A stretch of DNA of 64,000 bases from Octopus bimaculoides (Eukaryota), in assembly GCF_001194135.2 (NCBI RefSeq), contig NC_068983.1, positions 69,502,819 through 69,566,818 on the forward strand, written 5' to 3'. Both the position numbers and the translations under genes were made by a program. The notes beneath the pieces were generated by a model that was given only the letters and a program-made list of their open reading frames with translations, searched no databases and was not told where the DNA came from. Every line of letters begins with the position of its first letter. Positions within the stretch are counted from its first letter, which is position 1. This document shows, one piece after another, positions 23,969 to 34,832 of the stretch.

Positions 23969-24162
23969 CAGTAATCCCTCGCCATATTGTGGTTCACCTA
24001 TCACTGCTTATTATTTAAGCTTACGTCGATTCCTCCATGGTGTTGTTTTGCATTTATAATAAAATAAATATATACAAATTATAAAAATAATAAAAAAAAC
24101 ACACAGTTACTGTTTCTACTGCGCGGATTTTCACCTATTTATTTTTAGTCGAGGAATTACTG
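23969..24162. mobile_element. pogo/Tigger-like MITE
   Basis: TIR CAGTAATCCCTCG / CGAGGAATTACTG, TA TSD, 194 bp. Confidence 0.7.
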
Positions 24163-26050
24163 TACTACCTTTCCCCTCTCTGACTGGACAGAAATATACA
24201 CCATGAATGCATACACATTTAACATTGGCTAAAACTAGAAAATGGATGCCTCAGCATGAACATAATGCTAATAATTGAAACTGGTAAAATATAAAAGAAT
24301 ATGTAACTTATGACATATGAACAGTTTATGCTGGGAAAATACTTTTCAATAAGTTTAGCTGAATTTGCATTCATGTCCATTTTCTCTGAACTTTTTTTTT
24401 TTATGCTAGTGGTTTGTTCATCATCATTATTTCTGATGTCCTAGAATAAATTTATTTTTAAAAAAGAGGTATCTTAGTGATTTATTAGTGTGCTACTAAT
24501 GATAGCAAATATATTTGAAATCTTTGTAGAGTAGTAAAAAGCAGAAAAGTATAAATTTCGATTATGACTCATTTAGTTAATATTGATTCATAATTAAACT
24601 GGGAATCATGGGAAATTTATATTATTTCCTGCTTTTTATAATTCTGTTGCTCTCAACTATTATTTTAGTCAGTTTTGTATATACATATAAGTTTAACATC
24701 TGTGAAATTTATACTTTTATACTTTTTCTAATTCTAAATGTTATTGCTAATTTTTGCCAATCTTACATATTAAAACTGAAAATGTCTGTTTGTGTGTGTA
24801 TCGGTATGTCCTCGTTTTGCGCCAAAACGGCTCGACCGATTTTACTTAAACTTCACATGCACATTGCCTATGTGTCTGGGGAGGTTTTAAGTATAAATTG
24901 ATTTCAAAAGAATGTTCGGGTAAATGGCGGGAGGAATAACATTTGGGTGTGAGTGAATGGTGGGAGTAATGATTTTTAAGCTTCCAAGAGAAATAACCCA
25001 TTCCCTCCTGGAAATAACCTCCAAGGGAAATAACCCATTCATTTTCAGTATGCTTATTTCTTAGTATTTGAACTATTTTAGTTATTTTCTCAATTTATCC
25101 AATACAACGCTTAAACAAGTAAATAGTATTCTCCTAAACAATAGATCCACTTATTTCGGTTAGTGACTTATTTGCGCTGCTGAGGGTAATATTCTCTGGG
25201 AACGCACAAAACCTTTTTTCACAGTTAATTACTTTGAATTGTTATCATCTTATATCTGATTTAGTATACATACCTTATTAGTATTTCCTCCTAAAATCTA
25301 TATACTCTGGGAACATATTAAAGCCCTTTTCAGGGGTACTTTATTTGAATTCTTACTATAGGTTAATTAATTTCATGTTAGTACATAACTGACTTCACAA
25401 TTTGGGTATTCATAACTTACTGGGAATTCCTAAAAACAAGATCCTTTGTAAGACAGTTTGGTATTCTCTGTAAATGCACAAAAAACATTTTAAGGGCTAC
25501 ATACTTTGCATTGTTGTTACTGGATTAGCAAAACAATTATGAGAATGGAACCAAGGGATAAGCCTGCTTTCCTGGGAATTATTGGGTATGTCAGCTACNN
25601 NNNNNNNNNNNNNNNNNNNNNNNNNNNNNNNNNNNNNNNNNNNNNNNNNNNNNNNNNNNNNNNNNNNNNNNNNNNNNNNNNNNNNNNNNNNNNNNNNNNN
25701 NNNNNNNNNNNNNNNNNNNNNNNNNNNNNNNNNNNNNNNNNNNNNNNNNNNNNNNNNNNNNNNNNNNNNNNNNNNNNNNNNNNNNNNNNNNNNNNNNNNN
25801 NNNNNNNNNNNNNNNNNNNNNNNNNNNNNNNNNNNNNNNNNNNNNNNNNNNNNNNNNNNNNNNNNNNNNNNNNNNNNNNNNNNNNNNNNNNNNNNNNNNN
25901 NNNNNNNNNNNNNNNNNNNNNNNNNNNNNNNNNNNNNNNNNNNNNNNNNNNNNNNNNNNNNNNNNNNNNNNNNNNNNNNNNNNNNNNNNNNNNNNNNNNN
26001 NNNNNNNNNNNNNNNNNNNNNNNNNNNNNNNNNNNNNNNNNNNNNNNNNN

Positions 26051-26133
26051 CAGAATGTGTAAAGGAGTACTAGGCAGAATGTGTAAAGGAGTACTAGGCA
26101 GAATGTGTAAAGGAGTACTAGACAGAATGAGTA
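26051..26133 (+). repeat. 24-bp minisatellite (CAGAATGTGTAAAGGAGTACTAGG)n abutting a gap
   Basis: At least 3 copies visible. Confidence 0.9.
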
Positions 26134-26366
26134 AAGGCGGCAAGCTGGCTGAAACGTTAGCACGCTGGATGAAATGCTTAGCGGTATTCCGTCTGTCTTT
26201 ACGTTCTGAGTTCAAATTCCGCCGAGGTCGACTTTGCCTTTCATCCTTTCGGAGTTGATAAATTAAGTATCAGTGATGCACTGCGGTCGATGTAATCGAC
26301 TTAATCCCTTTGTCTGTCCTTGTTTGTCCCCTCTATGTTTAGCCCCTTGTGGGCAATAAAGAAATA
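26134..26366 (+). mobile_element. tRNA-derived SINE family A, variant with L1/Tx1-like tail
   Basis: A box TGGCTGAAACGTTAGC, B box GAGTTCAAATTCC, central GACTTTGCCTTTCATCCTTTCGG; TSD AATGAGTA at 26126-26133 and 26369-26376. Confidence 0.8.
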
Positions 26367-27271
26367 ACAATGAGTACTAGGCTTACAAAGAATAAATCCT
26401 GTAGTTGATTTCTTTGACCAACGGCGGTGCTTCAGCATGTCCGCAGTCACATGAATGAAAGAAGTAAAACAATAAAAATCTATGCCATTTTAATCCCGAA
26501 TAAGGCCGGGTATCTCTGCTAGTTCTTTATAAATATGTAAATTTATTTCACCAATGTTTATTGCATTGTTATAGCTGTATCAGAGTTTAAAAATGCAGTG
26601 ATAATTTAGCTCTTAAATGGTGTGGATATATTTTATGATACTTATATATCAGTTCAGTGCATAGAAATATTGATTCTGTGTCATTGTTGATCAATGTATG
26701 ATACTTGAAGCAAAACATGGTATTGTTTAAATCAATATATGATACTGTTCAAAGTCTATGACTTAGTTTAAAACAGTATCTGATATAGTTGTATATATCA
26801 CATGTATTTGTATGATATAGTTCAAACCAACATATGTAGGTCATAACAATGTATGGTAGAGTTCAAAGCAAGGATTTGTATTGTTCAAATCTGTTTTCAC
26901 ATTGTGAAATGAAACATAATTTCAAACTTTTAGTACTAAACAACAAATTTTGAAAAATTGCTTCCAGTACTTGACTGGGTCTCAAAGAGATGAACAGCAA
27001 AGTTGACTGAAGTCGGAGTTGAACTCAATGTAGGTGAATGTAATTAAATACTCTAGGATATTTTGTTGAATGCTCTATCAATTCTACTAAATACAGTAGT
27101 ATATATTTTATGATGTAACCATAAAATATACAATACTGTAAGGGCAGCTCTTACAGTTAGCTGTTGTAGCTTGAAATTTCTTTTTCTGTTATTTTTATTT
27201 GTTTTTAAATGATTTAATTACTTCTGCTGATGAAATCATTAAAAAATTCTGTTGATTTTTAATTGCTTTAG

Positions 27272-27384
27272 AGATAACTCCTCCTGAGATTGGTCAAAGT
27301 GGCATCTCAGGGAAAGGTAAAAATATTACAACCAAACACGATGCTGTGATTTGTGGGCGGAAAAATGCATCAAAACTTATTGAG
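27272..27384 (+). CDS. RIOK3: RIOK3 exon 4 (ITPPEIG...GKGKNITTKHDAVICGRKNASKLIE)
   Basis: TTTAG acceptor, GAG|GTGAGG donor; conserved GKGK.ITTKHD..CGRKN motif; absent from the ORF track. Confidence 0.9.
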
Positions 27385-27799
27385 GTGAGGTATTATTTTT
27401 CAGTTCTGAGATAATTCTTCAATGATTATGTTCCTAACCCTGACAAACAAGGGGGTTCTTGCAACCCATTTGATAGCATGATGCTAGCGACTATCTCTAA
27501 TTTTGTAATACAAATCTTTGTTTTAAACATTACATATTTAAATCTAAGCCATCCATTATTCTTTTATATAAAATTCTTTTGTTAAGTTACATTCCAAACA
27601 CTATCATAATAATTAAAATTAATTAGCTAAATCCTTCAAACAGTTGATTATTTTCAAAATTGTAGAAAGTGTATTTAATTAGAATTGTTACCACACACAT
27701 ATTTTCAATGATATCATTTAATATATTGTCTTCAACATAGCTTGTATGTTCTGACATTGTTTCTTCTACTTAACTGTACTTTGTTAAATATTGTTTCAG

Positions 27800-27937
27800 T
27801 TTTCTGATAAGTCTGGTGATGGTGAAGGTATGAATTTAAAACTGCCAAACGATGTTTACAACCGGTTACGTGTGCACAGTTCTGCCATGAATAAACGTTT
27901 CAACAAAGTCCATGAAAAGAAAGAACATTCTACAGCT
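27800..27937 (+). CDS. RIOK3: RIOK3 exon 5 (FSDKSGDGEGMNLKLPNDVYNRL...HEKKEHSTA)
   Basis: TTTCAG acceptor, GCT|GTATGT donor, 138 nt phase 0-0. Confidence 0.92.
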
Positions 27938-27966
27938 GTATGTAGCTTTTTTTTATTATTATTATT

Positions 27967-28193
27967 AAGGTGGTGAGCTGGCAGAATCGTTAGCATGCCA
28001 TGCAAAATGCTTAGTGGCATTTCATCTGTCCTAATGTTTTGAGTTCAAATCCCGCCAAGGGCAGCTTTGCCTTTCATCCTTTCAGGGTCGATGAAATAAG
28101 CACCAGTTATACTCTAGGGTTCATGTAATCGACTAGCTCCCTCTCTCCCAAATTTCAAGCCTTGTGCCTATAGTAGAAAGAAGGATTATTATT
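27967..28193 (+). mobile_element. SINE family A copy with standard tail (many others, e.g. 7622-7806 -, 10345-10570 +, 18790-19120 +, 22395-22575 +, 23640-23770 +, 41503-41690 +, 52686-52770 -)
   Basis: GGTGGTGAGCTGGCAGAATCGTTAGC...GAGTTCAAATCCC...GCCTTGTGCCTATAGTAGAAAG...(ATT)n. Confidence 0.8.
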
Positions 28194-28275
28194 ATTTATT
28201 ATTTGAATTTCTCAGTGCAAGATGTTTGTTAAGGTCACGAGATTTCAGAACAGTTCATAAGTGTGTGTGTGTGTA

Positions 28276-28825
28276 TCATCATCATCGTTTAACGTCCGCT
28301 TTCCATGCTAGCATGGGTTGGACGATTTGACTGANNNNNNNNNNCATGGATTGAACGGTAAGCTGAGGGGCTGCACCAATTTGATTTGGCATGATTTCTA
28401 TGGCTGGATGCCCTTCCTAATGCCAACCACTCCGAGAGTGTAATGGGTGCTTAGATATGCCACTGGCATGAGTGCCAGTGGTGTTACACCAGTATCTGCC
28501 ACAATTATGATTTCACTTGGCTTGATAGGTCATCTTCTCAAGTACAGCATATTGCCAAAAACCTTGGTCACTTGTCATAACCTCTATGAGACCCAGCACT
28601 TGATAGGTGCTGTTTACATGTCACCAGCATGGGTACAGGTTACGCAACACTGGCATCGGCCACATTGCTTCTGTGAGGCCCAATGCTTGAAAGGTGCTTT
28701 TTACATGCACCCGGCATGGGTACCAGTTATGTGACACTAACAATGGCCACAACTATGATTTCACTTGGCTTGATGGGTCTTCTCAAGCACAGCATATCCC
28801 CAAAGGTCTCAGTCACTAGTCATTG
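28276..28825 (-). mobile_element. RTE 3' end (intron 5), with internal tandem duplication of the ORF2 end
   Basis: (ATC)n tail, TGGATGCCCTTCCTAATGCC, and two copies of the reverse-complement AVLEK..QAK* segment. Confidence 0.75.
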
Positions 28826-29814
28826 CTAAGACCCATTCTGCATGCACTCATTCAACTTCTGAGTTGTGGAATTTTATTGAACAACAATTGACTCATTTGA
28901 TTTGGTCATCAACTAAATCTGTTCTGAAGATCACCTCGCTGTCTTCCTCTGGCTGTGAATGGCAAGTGGTTGTCTGGTGCCTATGGTAAAAGAGGCTTTG
29001 TCGTGAACATGACTGGAAAGACTGAGGACAGATTTTTTTTCTTTGGCTAAGCAAGTTCCATTTGCTCTCCAGTAAATTTGCTGAAAGTTGTGTGAGAGTA
29101 ATGCCCTAGCTAGATAAGCCAACATTCAGCATTTGTGTGTCGACTAGAGAATGGCAACTTGAAGAGGGCACTTATCCTTGGTAGCCAATGTAATCCTGAA
29201 CTTAGGGACCTTGATTTGCCCTACATAGTGATGCTCTTTTTGGAACATTAACATACACCTGCAACATTGTATGCTATTACTTTCAGTTTATTTCACCCAG
29301 TTTCAGTGTAAACCTCCACATTTTTGTAAACTGCCCTTGTAATGTTCATTCATCTGCCATTTAGTGCTAATAAAAGAACTGATTATTCTTGTGGCAAGAA
29401 CAGTTTGTTGGTAGAATTATGTTTTGAACAAAGTGCCTTGCAGTATTTAGTTGTAGCCCTTTGCATTCTGAAGTTAACTTAACCTTTCATTATTTATATA
29501 AAATATTGAGCAACGAAGCTCTGGGGTCACTGAAAACGAGTGTTCTCTCCCTACCAAAATTTCTAGCCTTGTACCTATATAAGAAATTGTTAGTGTAATA
29601 TTAAGAAAGTGCAAAACTAAATACCTAGTGGTATTTAATTCTATCATTTTGCATTCTGAGTTTATATTCTATGGGGACTGACTTTAACTTTCATATTTCT
29701 GGGGTTAATAAAGTACTAGTCATTTCCTGAGTTTACTTTACAGCTCTGTAAATTGTTGCCTTGTGGCATATATTTGCCATTATTATTAGTTGTATTTTTA
29801 TTTCTAAATTGCAG

Positions 29815-30002
29815 ATAGAAGCTATTGATCATGATACACATCTCATTCTTTTCCAAATGATTAACAATGGCATTTTTGAGAAAAATCTAGGAATTATCTC
29901 TACTGGTAAAGAATCTATTGTCCTGTATTGTGATGCTGGAGAAAATCTGGCTTCATATATGGAAAGCAAGTTCACAAAAGATAATAATTTACCAATGTCT
30001 GG
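29815..30002 (+). CDS. RIOK3: RIOK3 exon 6 (IEAIDHDTHLILFQMINNG...ISTGKESIVLYC...); 3' boundary slightly uncertain
   Basis: TTGCAG acceptor; RIO P-loop STGKES; donor GG|GTTAGT (phase 2) fits the exon 7 acceptor at 32291; see findings for an alternative. Confidence 0.82.
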
Positions 30003-31528
30003 GTTAGTAACTCTTTGCTTTTTTTCTGATGCTGGCAAAATTACATTTGTTTTTGTGTTTTTTTGTGTAGTTGTTGTTTAGCCCCAGGTCAATTCTGATT
30101 GAAGGGACCTCTGATCTAAGGCATTTTAGTTGTGAACATCCTTGTCTTATAGATCTATCTATTGGAGATCTATCTAATGTGTCATTTCCTCTATTCATGA
30201 TAGTGGGGCATAATTTGAAGGTTTGATTTCTAGTCAATTGAGTGACCTTGTGAAAGCTCCTTTATTCCTTTACAAGTATCGGGTTGTGATTTTATATATG
30301 TAGATGGTACTGGTGTTTTTATTGTATGTTGAATAGACCACATGCCCAGAGCCTGAGGATTGCTTGGAGGCACAAGGCATGTTATAAAAACCTACCAAGA
30401 CCCGTGTATCCAATGCAAGAAATTTTCAGTAAACTGTATATTTTCTGAGGTTAATAAAGTACTAATCATATCTTGAGTCAATTGTATGACATTCCAAAAT
30501 TGTTGCCTTGTGACCTATATGTAATTTTACTTTCTGCAATTTTTCACTTTACATAAAATTCTCGGTTTGAAATGTTCAGTATAGTTACTCTTATGAGCCA
30601 ACAGTCCGTTTGTGTCTAAGTTAGTGAAGCTGTTGTTATGGTTGAATATTTTGTTAGTATGTAGGTTAAAATAGTTATCAGTCAGTGATATCTTGTTAAC
30701 ATGTAGTTTAATGTAGCTGTTAGTGGGTATCAAGGTTGGTGTTGCTATTGTAGTGGGTGTCATCTTGTTAGATTGGAGGTGGTGCTATATTTTGTGTTGT
30801 GAATCTGTAGTAAGTTTTGTAACACTTTTGTGTAACCCAGTGAAGCAGCATGTTAAGAGAGAGATATAGATGGGTAGATTTGTTTAGAAAAATAAGACAT
30901 GAAATCATATTTATCAGCAATAATCTTCAAAAGCTGCATATCATCAATATCTCCAAGTATATTTTATTGCTTAATCAGGGAGGGAAGGGCAGTGTTTGTT
31001 TTTTTCTTTTTCTTATCTTTTTCTTCTTCTCTGAGACTGGTGGACAGAAGGGAAGAAGTTATGCTCAACCCAGAACCCGGTTCAAATGCCTGCATCAGTG
31101 TGTTTCCACTAAAGGCACCTGAGAACCAATATCAGGTGTTAAACCAAGCGATTGTTCATGTTTACTAACCAAGTGGGCCACAGTGAGATTTGAACTCAAA
31201 GTTAGTTTTAATTTAGTTTTTAAAATAGATCACCACTGAAGTCAACTTTCTCTCAGTTGTGCTTTTTATCATGCTCTGTGATATATATATATATATATAT
31301 ATATTGAACGTGTTTATGACAGCATTGACCAGTTTAAATGTCATATATACATATGTAGTAGGCATAGTTAAGTAGGTTAAGTTTGCTTTGCAACCACTTG
31401 GTTTAGAGTTCTTTTGCACTGTATGGCACCTTGAGCAATTATCTTCTACTATAGCCTTAAGCAGAGAAATATCTTAGAAGTGAAATTTGTTCAGGCTCCA
31501 CCTAAAGTTTTATAAAAGCCCCATTATA

Positions 31529-31756
31529 TTGGGTTGTCCGGAAAGTTCATGCCGATTTATAGTAGCTTACCTTTCGACTTATTTGCCATGAAACCACCTC
31601 AATTCTGGGAAGAGGGTATTTTCAAGTTAAAGGAAAGATGGAGATACATTGTGCAACAAAATGATTCATATTTGGTTGATTAAAAATGTAATGGCAAGTA
31701 TTTATTGAACTTTTTCTTTCCTTTAAAAATCGGCACAAACTTTCCAGACAACCTAA
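31529..31756 (+). mobile_element. Internally deleted mariner / MITE (intron 6)
   Basis: About 30-bp TIRs TTGGGTTGTCCGGAAAGTT.. with TA TSD; interior encodes the transposase C-terminus FWEEGIFKLKERWRYIVQQNDSYLVD*. Confidence 0.85.
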
Positions 31757-32291
31757 TAATTATATATGTGCATGTATGTCAGTGTGTATGTGTGTGTTCA
31801 AATGTTGTTTATCATCACTCTGATAGTGTTTGAGCAAAAACGGTGACTCTTATTTACATCAGTTAGAAGCTGTGTTCCTTGTAACTTGGCTGTTTTGATT
31901 TTTGAAGACCAGTGAAATGAAAATACCTGTCTTTGAAAACAAGTAAAAATTGGCAAGGGGATAAGCATCTAGCTGTAGAATACTGTCTTGATAAGTCTCA
32001 TTCAACCTATGTAGCTTGCCAAGGCTGACATAAAAGAACGATGATTATGATGATGCTATTTTTAGCTACAGGTATAATTGTTAGTCATAAGTATTAATGC
32101 TTTGTGATGAAATTGTGAGACTGCTGCTTATTGGAGGTTATTCAACGCTGTAAAAGGTCATCTTTGTTGGAACTTGGTGATAGTTTTAATGCTGATTGAA
32201 TTTGTGCAAAATGAATATTGTTTTAATAATAAAAAAAAGTTAAATGTTCTTTCGTAAAGTTTTAAACATATAAATTAATTTGCTTCTCTAG

Positions 32292-32474
32292 AGATTCAGA
32301 GACGTGCCCTAAGGTGTGTGCCATTAAAGTATTTAAAACCTCATTGAGTAAATTCAAAAACCGAAAGCAATATTTTGTTGGTGACAGTCGGTTTAAGGAC
32401 AATGCTATGCGAAGACAGAATCCACGTAAAGTGATAAGAAGTTGGTCGAAAAAGGAAGCTGCTAACTTACACAG
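32292..32474 (+). CDS. RIOK3: RIOK3 exon 7 (DSETCPKVCAIKVFKTSL...NPRKVIRSWSKKEAANLH)
   Basis: CTCTAG acceptor, AG|GTATCA donor; catalytic lysine in AIKVFK and helix-C KE motif; absent from the ORF track. Confidence 0.9.
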
Positions 32475-32869
32475 GTATCATTGATTCTATATCTTTTTTT
32501 CATAGCACTCATACTTTACCAAAGTTAAAGGTGCTTGTTATATAATCATCTGTCAAACGTCATAACTATTTTTGATTGTTTGTAAATTTGAACAGTTAAT
32601 TTGCTATAAAGGCCATGCAACAGTAAAAACTATTGCTCCAGTAAGTGTGCAGATTTGTAAAATCTGTCATGTAGTTGCTATAGAAAATTGAATGTAAAAT
32701 TACAATTTTTCCTCTAAGTTGATCTTAATTTGTAATGAAACCTTGTGTGGGTCTTTGATGGAGTGGTAAAATAGACTAGTAAAGATGGGTCTATTTTACT
32801 ACTCTGGCAAAGATTCACTCAAAGCTGTAGAACAGAACGGTTTTTGTTAGGGTTGTGGGTCGAAAAAGT

Positions 32870-33290
32870 GTTTGCTGTGGTTGTGGGATAGAACAGTCTT
32901 TATTGTGATTGTGGGATAGAACAACCTTTACTGTGGTTGTGGAATAGAACAATCTTTACTGTGGTTGTGGGATAGAACAACCATTATTGTGGTTGTGGGA
33001 TAGAACAGCCTTTACTGTGGTTGTGGGATAGAACAGCTTTTACTTTGGTTGTAGGATAGAACAGTTGTTACTGTGGTTGTGAGATAGAACAGTCTTTACT
33101 GTGGTTGTGAGATAGAACAATCTTTACTGTGGTTGTGGGATAGAACAGTCTTTACTGTGGTTGTGGGATAGAACAGTCTTTACTGTGGTTGTGGGATAGA
33201 NNNNNNNNNNTGGTTGTGGGATAGAACAGTCTTTACTGTGGTTGTGGGATAGAACAGTCTTTACTGTGGTTGTGGGATAGAACAGTCTTT
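32870..33290 (+). repeat. 28-bp minisatellite (CTTTACTGTGGTTGTGGGATAGAACAGT)n, about 15 copies, intron 7
   Basis: Directly visible; contains a 10-N gap, so true copy number is unknown. Confidence 0.92.
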
Positions 33291-33458
33291 GTTTGGGTTG
33301 TGTGAAAGAAAAGTGCTTGCTAATGAAATGTTGCTCTTTGAATATGTTTTTTTTTTTAATTAAAAACCATGAGGTTGATGGGTGTTTGTTGAGTCTATGC
33401 CCTTCTGACTTCTGACAGTCATTAGAAAGTTGAAAATGCCTTTGGTTTTTCTCTTCAG

Positions 33459-33618
33459 ATTAAGACGCTTTGGTATTCCATGTCCCACCCTAATTAGTTT
33501 GAAAAATCATGTCTTAGTCATGTCTTTTATTGGTCATGGTCACCAAGCTGCACCAAAACTAAGGGATGCAAACTTCACTACAGAGGAATTGAAAAGTGCT
33601 TTTCAACAAACAATTAAG
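33459..33618 (+). CDS. RIOK3: RIOK3 exon 8 (LRRFGIPCPTLISLKNHVLVMSFIG...APKL...QQTIK)
   Basis: CTTCAG acceptor, AAG|GTATGG donor; GIPCP and HVLVMSFIG RIO motifs. Confidence 0.94.
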
Positions 33619-33726
33619 GTATGGTTGTATGTTTATTCTAGTTTGTTTTGTTGCTGCTATTAATTTGTTTCATTAATTAAAACAGTAAATATGATTGAAT
33701 TAAGGGTAACTGAATTGCAATGAATA

Positions 33727-34306
33727 TGTAGCATACACAGCTCAAGCAGCACTGCACAGGTTCTAACATAGCACTGTTCGTGAATTACTTCGCCATGGTT
33801 AACAGTGAATATATAACCTTCGAGAACTCCTGTACCAAGTGACCTAGGCAGCAGCATTACAGCCACAACTTCGTACGACATGTACCGAACTGGCTCAGCA
33901 TCATCACCACAACTTCTTGATACAGTATTTCTATTACCGTATACAATTGATTACGAACTGGTATTTCTCATTCCTGTGTCTGTGAACATTTGTCTAACTT
34001 TCTCATTATAGACTCTTTCACTGCCTTCTTCTTCATTGCTATTCTTATATGTACTTAACGCACACACATACATCATGTCTATATACACATACACTTTGTT
34101 CTCATAATGGCCTGTCTCTTATTCTGTATACATGACACAAGCACAGACACACATGTTAAGCTATCAATAAATCATCTCTCAAACTTTCTACTCAGTTGTG
34201 TCTCTCTCTTTCCAACTCGCACATTGCATGTATTATTAATACAGTTGTCTGAACGGAGTCGTTATCAGATGGTTTCCGCGCTTCACCACTACCATCGAAA
34301 AATACA
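33727..34306. mobile_element. Possible solo LTR (intron 8)
   Basis: TGTA...TACA termini, internal AATAAA, CpG-richer than flanks; no clear TSD. Confidence 0.3.
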
Positions 34307-34832
34307 TTGCAGTTGTTAGCAGAAGTGAGGTCCATGTTCTAGATGAGCTACAAACCTACTTAATCACTGCTCTTTTTGCCCCTTTTATTAGAGAGATTTC
34401 TTTTTTTGAGGTGGTCATGAGTGGTTTGTAACATTTTTGATCCTATGTAGTTAGTACCAAACCTGGTCCTATGTCATCAACTCCTCCAAAACTGGTTGTA
34501 TTAAAATGATCCACATTTAAATTGAAAGCTCAACCAAAGTTTTGTTAAACTACTCTGAAATCAAAATTTTGTGCAACAACTTTTTGTAAAGTTGTATTCA
34601 AAATACCAGCTTTTGGGTACATTTATCAGATGCACTCTATTGCAAAGGCCATGGGTATAGCTGTTCCTCCTCTGACTAAACGCATACATAGAGCTCACAC
34701 ATACACAGTGGAAGCTAAATAAAAGGTGTAATATTACTTATGGGAATAGAACATCCTTGTGTCTTCTGTAAATAATGTAGTGATGCTATATGTCACCAAC
34801 ATGACATCACAACATCAACCATCTGAATTATA

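Larger units (their letters stand above)
24761..26522 (+). mobile_element. Non-autonomous Helitron with nested insertions (intron 3)
   Basis: 5' A|TCTTACATATTAAAACTGAAAATGTCTGTTTGTGTG; AAAACGGCTCGACCGATTTT core typical of non-autonomous Helitrons; 3' hairpin CCCGAATAAGGCCGGG then CTAG|T. Contains a gap, so continuity is inferred. Confidence 0.6.
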
